NCBI GenBank assembly: GCA_900540365.1
Contig: UQFN01000001.1
Location: forward strand, 103,636 to 167,635
Reading direction: 5' to 3'
Source of the DNA: an uncultured Mollicutes bacterium
Lineage (GTDB): Bacteria > Bacillota_I > Bacilli_A > RFN20 > CAG-826
Length of the DNA: 64,000 bases
The notes beneath the pieces are model-generated. The model was given only the letters and a program-made list of their open reading frames with translations, was not told where the DNA came from and did no database searches. Positions 39,824 to 46,426 of the stretch are shown here, piece by piece (the first letter of the stretch is position 1; each line of letters starts with the position of its first letter). The translations under genes were made by a program, and so were the position numbers.

Positions 39824-39837
39824 GTACTATATAGTAC
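39824..39837. promoter_or_regulatory. 14-bp perfect palindrome, candidate MarR operator upstream of the radical-SAM operon
   Basis: GTACTAT|ATAGTAC lies 21 nt before ATG 39858 and overlaps -10-like TATAGT/TACAAT hexamers. Confidence 0.4.
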
Positions 39838-39857
39838 AATATATCAGGGGTGATTGA

Positions 39858-40523
39858 ATGGTTATTAGCATTAAGGATAAGATTAAGAACATCAACGCGG
39901 TCATCGGCTGCAACATCGGCTGCAGGTACTGCTACGCCAAAGCGGTGGCAAATAGATTCCACCTGACAGACGATTTCTCTAAGTCAATTGCAGATTTACA
40001 TAAATTGGAAAGATTAAAAAAGTCCGGAGTATATTTTCTGACGGGAATGTCCGATTTGTACCTATGGAAAAAGGAGTGGCTTGATAAATCGTTCGAATTA
40101 TTGAAGGAGTATCCGAAAACGGTTGGGATATATTTGACTAAAGCCCCAAATAAAATAAAGCTTGACAACGTTCCCGATAATGCTTGGATGGGGGTAACTA
40201 TCACATCGAAATCGGATTTATGGAGATTGAAAGCATTAAAGGAAAATATTAAATGCAAGAACTATCACGTCACGTTTGAGCCGTTGTTCGAGGATCTGGG
40301 CGACATTGATTTATCGGGAATCAAATGGATAGTCATCGGAACAGAGACCGGGAAATGCAAGGGCAAGATAGATGCCAAAAAGGAATGGGTCGATCATTTG
40401 GTGGATGTCTCTAGAAAATGCGGCTGCAGGATTTTTTTCAAAGAAGAGCTCGTCCATAAAATCATTGGCGAAGAAAACGCAATCCAAGAGCTCGCTTTAG
40501 AAATGGAGGAAGCATTGAAATGA
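39858..40523 (+). CDS. Gp37/Gp68 (DUF5131)-like protein with a canonical radical-SAM CxxxCxxC motif
   Basis: SD AGGGGTGA. C18-x3-C22-x2-C25 (GCNIGCRYCYA). Spaced motifs MSDLY, LTKAP, NAWMGVT, FEPL, IKWIVIGTETG, EWV and FFKEE, recalled from the phage Gp37/Gp68 family. About 48% GC. Confidence 0.6.
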   Translation: MVISIKDKIKNINAVIGCNIGCRYCYAKAVANRFHLTDDFSKSIADLHKLERLKKSGVYFLTGMSDLYLWKKEWLDKSFELLKEYPKTVGIYLTKAPNKIKLDNVPDNAWMGVTITSKSDLWRLKALKENIKCKNYHVTFEPLFEDLGDIDLSGIKWIVIGTETGKCKGKIDAKKEWVDHLVDVSRKCGCRIFFKEELVHKIIGEENAIQELALEMEEALK

Positions 40524-40951
40524 AGAAGCACTATGGTGGAACTCTTATCTCCCAAATTAAACAGCTTCAAGATAGGATTTTCAACAAGATTCTAAAAGAA
40601 GAGGGCATATACGAATTCAATGGCCAACAAGGGAGAATTCTATTTTCTTTATGGAAAGACGAGAAACTCTCCTTGATTGAATTATCGAAAAGGACTTCTC
40701 TGGCTAAAACAACATTGTCCTCGATGGTGGAGAGGATGAAGAACGACGGCCTTTTGATTGTCGAGGAATCTAAAGAGGACAAAAGAAGTCTAATTATCTA
40801 TTTAAGCGACAAGACGCTGTCACTTGAAAGTAAGATAAACAGGGCCACGAAAAGAATGGGCGATATTTTCTACAAAGGTCTTAGCGAAGAAGAGGCAAGT
40901 AAGTTGGACAGATTGTTGAACAAAGTAAAGGAGAATCTAAAAGATGAATAA
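40520..40951 (+). CDS. MarR-family transcriptional regulator
   Basis: 143 aa. Winged-helix core LSLIELSKRTSLAKTTLSSMVERMKNDGLL...DKRSLIIYLS. ATGA overlap with the upstream gene. Confidence 0.85.
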   Translation: MKKHYGGTLISQIKQLQDRIFNKILKEEGIYEFNGQQGRILFSLWKDEKLSLIELSKRTSLAKTTLSSMVERMKNDGLLIVEESKEDKRSLIIYLSDKTLSLESKINRATKRMGDIFYKGLSEEEASKLDRLLNKVKENLKDE

Positions 40952-41858
40952 GAACGTAATCATAAGGCAAATCCAAGTCAAAGACGTAATGACCAAGTCC
41001 AACGCTCCTATCGGCGGATATTGCGTCAACCCTTATATCGGATGCACACATGGCTGCAAATACTGCTATGCCTCATTCATGAAAAGATTCACAGGCCACA
41101 CGGAAGAATGGGGAACGTTTTTGGATGTCAAAAACTGGCAGCCGATCAAGAATCTTGATAAATTCAAAGGCGAGCATATCATCATTGGGACTGTGACCGA
41201 TGGGTATCTGCCAGAAGAAGCCAAATACAAGAACACTAGAAAACTATTGGAACAATTGGTGGGCGTTGACGCAGAACTGTTGATATGCACGAAATCCGAT
41301 TTGGTAATTAGGGATTTGGATTTGTTAAAGAAATTCGACAAAGTCACGGTTTCTTGGTCAATTAACACCTTAGACGAAGACTTCAGAAGTGATATGGACG
41401 ATTCTGTGTCAATAGAAAGAAAATTAAAAGCAATGAAGGAAGTGTATGATGCTGGGATTAGAACGGTATGCTTCATTTCGCCAGTATTCCCAGGCATCAC
41501 GGATTTCAAGAAGATATTCGAATTGGTTAAAGATCAATGCGATTTAATATGGCTTGAAAACCTTAACCTAAGAGGTGGATTTAAAGGAAAAATAATGGAT
41601 TATATCAAAGAAAAACATCCCGATTTGTATCCTTTATACGAAAATATATATAATAAAAAAGATAGGAGCTATTTTGAAGAATTAGAAAAAGAGGCTGTGC
41701 AATTAGCCAAAGACAACGATTGTCCATTCGTGGATAACGAAACACCATATGGAAGAGCCAAAAAAGGTCATCCAGTAATCGTTGACTATTTCTATCACGA
41801 AGAGGTTAGAGGTTCAGACAACACAGGAAAAAGAAATAGGAAGCAAGAGGGAAGATAA
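40944..41858 (+). CDS. Radical SAM protein of the SPL-like / COG1533 (SplB, DNA photolyase-like) type
   Basis: C34-x3-C38-x2-C41 in NPYIGCTHGCKYCYASFMKRFTGH. About 300 aa. 8-nt overlap with marR. Confidence 0.7.
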   Translation: MNKNVIIRQIQVKDVMTKSNAPIGGYCVNPYIGCTHGCKYCYASFMKRFTGHTEEWGTFLDVKNWQPIKNLDKFKGEHIIIGTVTDGYLPEEAKYKNTRKLLEQLVGVDAELLICTKSDLVIRDLDLLKKFDKVTVSWSINTLDEDFRSDMDDSVSIERKLKAMKEVYDAGIRTVCFISPVFPGITDFKKIFELVKDQCDLIWLENLNLRGGFKGKIMDYIKEKHPDLYPLYENIYNKKDRSYFEELEKEAVQLAKDNDCPFVDNETPYGRAKKGHPVIVDYFYHEEVRGSDNTGKRNRKQEGR

Positions 41859-41859
41859 C

Positions 41860-42224
41860 TTGAAGGCAGCAATCACATATGATGCAAAAAAACAAATAGC
41901 GCTTTCCATTATTTTAGAATAACTGAATATTTTTTATATATTTAATACCGAAACAAACGAAGAAAAGGTAATAGATAATGGTGGATATACCATCATAATC
42001 TAGCCGCATATCTAAAGTTGCTTGGCGCATCAACCTTAATTTGTGGTGGGATTGGCCTCTTGCAGAGTTGAAACTGCGAATGCTTCAGGCCTTGATTTAA
42101 TATTAGGAGCCGCTTGGTGATATCAAAGACGTAATTAAAGCGTTTAAAGATGAAAACTTACATGGTAATCCAAATGCCATGCATCGGTGAAGCATTGAAG
42201 GACATCATCACGAACGTTAATTGA
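41860..42224 (+). pseudogene. Frameshifted remnant of a NifX/NifB-C-terminal-like (dinitrogenase FeMo-cofactor-binding domain) gene
   Basis: Pieces in three frames: LKAAITYDAKKQIA, LAAYLKLLGASTLICGGIG, ANASGLDLILGA, GDIKDVIKAFKDENLHGNPNA and a His-rich end SIEGHHHER. Several stops or frameshifts interrupt them. Confidence 0.45.
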
Positions 42225-42272
42225 ATAATACACCATTTTTCGGCAAGATGAGTGGCTTTTTGATAAGGTAGG

Positions 42273-42295
42273 AAATGTTATGTTACTAGACAAAT
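42273..42295 (+). repeat. Direct repeat copy 1 (left boundary of the ATPase cassette)
   Basis: AAATGTTATGTTACTAGACAAAT matches 44032-44054 at 21 of 23 positions. It sits at the GC-rich to AT-rich transition. Confidence 0.6.
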
Positions 42296-42388
42296 AGAAT
42301 GAATAAGCTTTATACGAATAAAGTGTTAAGCCTTTTATTTTATAGTGTTAATTCATATAAAAATTTATTTATAAATGCGTTTATTCCT

Positions 42389-42457
42389 TTGAAAAAAGTG
42401 CACTTACATGCTTGAAAAAAGTGCACTTATATGTTTGAAAAAAGTGCATTATTATAG
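42389..42457 (+). repeat. Three tandem 23-bp repeats, each starting with a TTGAAA -35-like box
   Basis: TTGAAAAAAGTGCACTTACATGC / TTGAAAAAAGTGCACTTATATGT / TTGAAAAAAGTGCATTATTATAG. Only the third is followed (17-nt spacer) by a -10, TAGAAT at 42458-42463. Confidence 0.85.
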
Positions 42458-42484
42458 TAGAATCATATTGAAAGGTGATTAACT

Positions 42485-43792
42485 ATGCCAATTAAACTTG
42501 AAAATTATAAAGAACGATTAATTGATAAAACTATTGAGCTATATTTAAAAACATTTAAAGCAATTCAAATTGTTGGTCCAAAATGGTGCGGCAAAACATG
42601 GACTAGTATGCATCATGGCAATTCTATTGTTAGATTAACTGATATAGAGAAAAGAAAACTAGCTATACTTAATCCGAAGTTAATTTTAAATGAGAATATT
42701 CCAGAGGTTATTGATGAATGGCAACTAGTGCCAGAATTGTGGGATGCTATTAGAAATGAATGTGATCTGAGGGTATCAAAAGGGAATTTTATTTTAACAG
42801 GCTCAACCGCTTTACTAGATAAGGAAGAGAAATCTAAGATTAAGCATACTGGTACTGGTAGAATTATTAAAATAAATATGTTTCCTATGACAACATTAGA
42901 ATTAGGTAAATCTCTTAATAATATTTCTTTAATGGATATGTATGAAGGAAAGGTAATTAATAAATTAGTTGATCCTTTTGATATTTATGAAATTACTAGA
43001 CTTATTATAAATGGTGGATGGCCTGAAAATTTAGGTCTTTCGAATTTAGAAAGTGATGGTTTACTAGCACGTGAATATATAAAGTCAGTTGTAGAAAATG
43101 ACGTTAATGAAAATTACAATGATGATAAATTCTTGTTTGACTCACAAAAAATGATGATGATTCTTAAGTCATTAGCAAGAAATGAGTCAAGTTATGCAGC
43201 AGAAGCAACTATTTTGAGAGATTGCTTTAATTTTAGTAATGGCGAAGAACAAACATTAAATAAAAGAACATTATCTAGATATTTAGACATTCTAGAAAAG
43301 TTATACATTATAAATAATCAAGAAGCTTATTCAACTAATTATAGATCTAGTTCAAGGGTTGGCAAAAAGGCAAAGAGAAGATTTGTTGATCCGTCACTTG
43401 CGGCTGCTCTTTTAGGCTTAACATCTGAAAAACTAATTAATGATTTAAATACATTTGGATTATTGTTTGAGTCTTTAGTGGTTAGAGATTTAAATGTGTA
43501 TATGGAATATTATAGAGGGCACGTTTATGCTTTTAGAGATAATCTAAGTAATGATGAGGTTGATGCTATAGTTGAATTTAGTGATGGTGAATTTGGCGCA
43601 ATTGAAATTAAATTAGGAGATAATCAAATAGATGAAGCAATAAAATCATTAACCAAATTTAATGATAATGTCGCTAAAAAGCCTAAATTTCTATGTGTGA
43701 TTGTAGGTATAGGATCTGGACTTACAAGAGATCCTAAATCTGGTGTATATGTTGTTCCATATAATACATTAGGAATGCATTTTAATGTCTAA
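42485..43792 (+). CDS. COG1373-type AAA ATPase with a C-terminal DUF4143 (PD-(D/E)xK-like) domain
   Basis: Walker A GPKWCGKT, Walker B-like VIDEWQLVPELW, ILTGS, GTGRIIKINMFPMTTLE. C-terminal DEVDAIVEF...GAIEIK pattern. About 22% GC. Confidence 0.75.
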   Translation: MPIKLENYKERLIDKTIELYLKTFKAIQIVGPKWCGKTWTSMHHGNSIVRLTDIEKRKLAILNPKLILNENIPEVIDEWQLVPELWDAIRNECDLRVSKGNFILTGSTALLDKEEKSKIKHTGTGRIIKINMFPMTTLELGKSLNNISLMDMYEGKVINKLVDPFDIYEITRLIINGGWPENLGLSNLESDGLLAREYIKSVVENDVNENYNDDKFLFDSQKMMMILKSLARNESSYAAEATILRDCFNFSNGEEQTLNKRTLSRYLDILEKLYIINNQEAYSTNYRSSSRVGKKAKRRFVDPSLAAALLGLTSEKLINDLNTFGLLFESLVVRDLNVYMEYYRGHVYAFRDNLSNDEVDAIVEFSDGEFGAIEIKLGDNQIDEAIKSLTKFNDNVAKKPKFLCVIVGIGSGLTRDPKSGVYVVPYNTLGMHFNV

Positions 43793-43904
43793 ACTAATTA
43801 ATTTTAAATGTGACAAATACGTTGAAGTTGAAGGAGATAAGATTTCTTTAACTAAAACAACTTCACCAGAAGCACCATCAAGAAAAAACTTGAAGACAAA
43901 ATAA
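43785..43904 (+). CDS. Possible 39-aa ORF overlapping the ATPase stop (ATGTCTAA)
   Basis: MSKLINFKCDKYVEVEGDKISLTKTTSPEAPSRKNLKTK. No SD and no recognisable family. It may be a remnant. Confidence 0.2.
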   Translation: MSKLINFKCDKYVEVEGDKISLTKTTSPEAPSRKNLKTK

Positions 43905-43976
43905 AAGACTTATTCAAAGGATAATATTAATAAGCATAGTGTAAAGGATTGAAATGACAATCTAGTATCACAAAAT

Positions 43977-44064
43977 GGTACGAAACTAGTTCAAGGGTAC
44001 GAACTTTTATGAAGAGGTACGAAATTGTATCAAATGTTATGTTTCTAGACATATTTGTACGACA
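43977..44064 (+). repeat. Phased GGTACGAA direct repeats
   Basis: GGTACGAAA at 43977, GGTACGAAC at 43996, GGTACGAAA at 44016, and TGTACGACA at 44056. Spacings are 19, 20 and 40 bp. Confidence 0.7.
44032..44054 (+). repeat. Direct repeat copy 2 (right boundary of the ATPase cassette)
   Basis: AAATGTTATGTTTCTAGACATAT, a 21/23 match to 42273-42295. Confidence 0.6.
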
Positions 44065-44130
44065 TGTCTGATACATTTTATGTGAACTAAATGGGGTTCA
44101 GTTCAGCAAGGGTGTTATAATATCCGATAT

Positions 44131-44160
44131 AAGTGCTCAGTCCCGGGCACTTTTTTATTT
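44131..44160 (+). terminator. Intrinsic terminator
   Basis: AAGTGCTC-agtccc-GGGCACTT followed by TTTTTATTT. Confidence 0.65.
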
Positions 44161-44470
44161 ATCGTTTTGCCACTAGGAATTCGGCCATATTCCTGGAAGA
44201 TACCAACACAGGATAATCAAATGCTGGCCCTTTTCCGATGACCGACTTCAAAAACCGCGACACCCCACGACACCCCTGCAAAAATCCCAAGTTTGTCTCG
44301 GCTCAATCCCGCATCAGTCTCAATATAGTCTCACTTTTGGAGAGAATGCTTGATTCAAAAAGCCACTTCTAACAAAAGTCATTTCCAGCCCACGCGGAGA
44401 TGGCTTTTGGGAGGCAGGATTGTAGAGATGGGATTTTTAATTAACGGCTTCTTTTTATAACCCTATGCAG

Positions 44471-44499
44471 ATGACTCGGCTACGCTGTTACGCTATAAT
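44471..44499 (+). promoter_or_regulatory. Candidate promoter of the CPBP gene (-35 ATGACT, 17 nt, -10 TATAAT)
   Basis: Hexamers at 44471-44476 and 44494-44499. They would give a very short leader before ATG 44515. Confidence 0.45.
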
Positions 44500-44514
44500 A
44501 ATAGTAGTACGAAT

Positions 44515-45273
44515 ATGAAAGCAGTTTTGAAATATCTGATTATTACTTTTGCCATAACTTATGCTTGTTGGTGGGGCGTAGCTGCGCTTGTAGCATATAC
44601 TGATTTTGTATATGGCGACATATTACCAACATTTATATACGTTATAGGCAACTTTGGCCCGGCTATTGCCACATTATTTTGCATTGACGGCAGACCCTAC
44701 CTAACTTCATTGAAAAAATTTTTATTCTCCTACAAAAAACGCGGAATATGGTTTTTCCTTTTATTCGTCTCCCTCGTTACGCTCACCGTAGGACTTTCTT
44801 CAATGGAATGGAATCCGCAAATGACGGGGTTGAATTTTTTTATCTCGTTGCTCGGTTCCATCTTTGTTTACGGAGGTGAGGAAGAACTTGGCTGGCGAGG
44901 AATTTTACAGCCCACCTTATCTAAGAAAATGACATTCCCGCTTGCCGCGCTTGCGTGTGGCGTGATATGGGCGTTATGGCATTTACCGCTTTGGTTTATA
45001 GAAGGCCACCCCAACCAGTCAATGCCCTTCTGGGTACAAGCAACGCTCGGCATATTTCTTTGCTTTTGGCTCGGCACAATTTATGAGCGTTCAAAATGTC
45101 TGCCGCTGTGTATGCTCTTCCATGGTTTTGCCAATGTGATGTTGTCGTCATTCGTCTTAAAACTGAACTGGATATTGGTTGCCGGGATCATACTGACGAC
45201 AGCCGTTGCAATCGTTCTTTGGTTGCTTGACTTAAAACAGGCAAAAGGTATAAATAACCAGCCGACAAGATGA
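44515..45273 (+). CDS. CPBP-family (CAAX/Abi-type) intramembrane glutamic protease
   Basis: EELGWRG (EExxxR), WALWHLP (FxxxH-type) and LFHGFAN motifs in a polytopic membrane protein. About 52% GC in a sampled line. Confidence 0.8.
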   Translation: MKAVLKYLIITFAITYACWWGVAALVAYTDFVYGDILPTFIYVIGNFGPAIATLFCIDGRPYLTSLKKFLFSYKKRGIWFFLLFVSLVTLTVGLSSMEWNPQMTGLNFFISLLGSIFVYGGEEELGWRGILQPTLSKKMTFPLAALACGVIWALWHLPLWFIEGHPNQSMPFWVQATLGIFLCFWLGTIYERSKCLPLCMLFHGFANVMLSSFVLKLNWILVAGIILTTAVAIVLWLLDLKQAKGINNQPTR

Positions 45274-45277
45274 TAAA

Positions 45278-45397
45278 GACGAATACAAAATTAATGAGTT
45301 GCTTAAAATAATACATTTAAAACGTTCAATATATTTTTATGAAATAAAAAGACTAAACTTTGACAAATACTTAACTATAAGGAAAATCATTAAATAA
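45278..45397 (+). pseudogene. Possible fragment of an IS3/IS150-type transposase N-terminal HTH region
   Basis: The open frame DEYKINELLKIIHLKRSIYFYEIKRLNFDKYLTIRKIIK* resembles the ...L..L.vSRStYYY..kr...D.y...I..I pattern. It has no start codon and sits at the GC-rich/AT-rich junction. Confidence 0.2.
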
Positions 45398-45511
45398 ATT
45401 AACATTTATAATTGGCATCAGGAAGTTATATATTTTAACAAAAGTAAATAATTCTTTACTTTTATATTAATATCTTGTGCTTATGTGTATTTGTGTGTTT
45501 AAATAAAAGCC

Positions 45512-46426
45512 ATGGGTAATAAGATTATTGAAATTAATAATTTATATAAAAGTTTTGGCGAAAATAAAGCTGTTAATGGAATTAGTTTTCACTTAAATCA
45601 AGGTGAGTTGTTTTCTTTTTTAGGTGTTAATGGAGCCGGCAAATCTACAACTATTAACATCATTGTTGGAGTTTTAAAAAAAGATAGTGGTGAATGTTTT
45701 GTAGATGGTTATTCCACTCAAGAAAGTGAAAAAATTCTACCCGAAATAGGTATAGTATTTCAAAATTCAGTATTAGATAAAAAACTATCGGTACTTGATA
45801 ATCTTAAATATCGTGCTTATTTATATGGAATGAATAAAATCGAATTTAAAAAAAGGTTAGAGTTCTTTTCAAAAAAACTTGATTTAGAAAATCTGCTTAA
45901 AAGACCTTTAGGTTTGTTAAGTGGTGGCCAAAAGAGAAAAATTGACATTACTCGAGCTTTATTGCATAAGCCTAAAATTCTGATTTTAGATGAACCGACG
46001 ACCGGATTAGATCCACAAATAAGGAAAAATGTTTGGGAATTAATTGATGAGCTAAGAAAGAAGGAAAAATTAACCGTCTTATTAACAACTCATTACATGG
46101 AAGAAGCTTCTAAAAGTGATTATGTTGTAATAATTGATAAAGGCGTGATAGTTGCAGAAGGAAAACCTTCTGATTTAAAAACAAAGTTTGCTTATGATTA
46201 TCTAAAAATCTATAAATATAATGAAGATTTGAAGGGTTTATTAATCAAAAACAATATTAAATATTCTTTAGAAAGCAACTGTTTAGAGATTAAATTTGAG
46301 TCGACTAAAGAAGCTAAAGATTTTGTTAGCGATTATAAAGATTATATCTATGATTTAGAAATAATTAAAGGAACCATGGATGATGTATTTCTTACTGTGA
46401 CAGGAAAGGAGTTAAATAATTTATGA
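45512..46426 (+). CDS. ABC transporter ATP-binding protein (ABC-2/DrrA-like subfamily)
   Basis: Walker A GVNGAGKST, signature LSGGQKRK, Walker B ILILDEPTTGLD. Confidence 0.9.
   Translation: MGNKIIEINNLYKSFGENKAVNGISFHLNQGELFSFLGVNGAGKSTTINIIVGVLKKDSGECFVDGYSTQESEKILPEIGIVFQNSVLDKKLSVLDNLKYRAYLYGMNKIEFKKRLEFFSKKLDLENLLKRPLGLLSGGQKRKIDITRALLHKPKILILDEPTTGLDPQIRKNVWELIDELRKKEKLTVLLTTHYMEEASKSDYVVIIDKGVIVAEGKPSDLKTKFAYDYLKIYKYNEDLKGLLIKNNIKYSLESNCLEIKFESTKEAKDFVSDYKDYIYDLEIIKGTMDDVFLTVTGKELNNL

Noticed and set aside
39741-41509. Antisense ORFs within the GC-rich operon (39741-39962, 39932-40258, 40567-40782, 41066-41509), and 44868-45077 within the CPBP gene
   Set aside because: Higher GC lengthens random open frames. 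All are opposite genes with strong motifs (CxxxCxxC, the MarR wHTH, the CPBP motifs) and show no independent signals.
40944-41858. Prokaryotic viperin (pVip) antiviral radical-SAM enzyme
   Set aside because: The N-terminal context (NPYIGCTHGCKYCYASFMKRFTG) and overall pattern fit the COG1533/SPL-like group rather than viperin. No nucleotide kinase partner is present.
42389-42457. Possible CRISPR array
   Set aside because: The three 23-bp units are contiguous with no spacers, and no cas genes are present. This is a tandem promoter/operator repeat. No CRISPR-like repeat-spacer structure was seen anywhere in the window.
44505-44511. Fifth GTACGAA copy just before the CPBP start, as part of the phased repeat array
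   Set aside because: It is 450 bp from the cluster. The 7-mer is expected a few times by chance in 64 kb, and it also occurs inside rpsF at about 31050.
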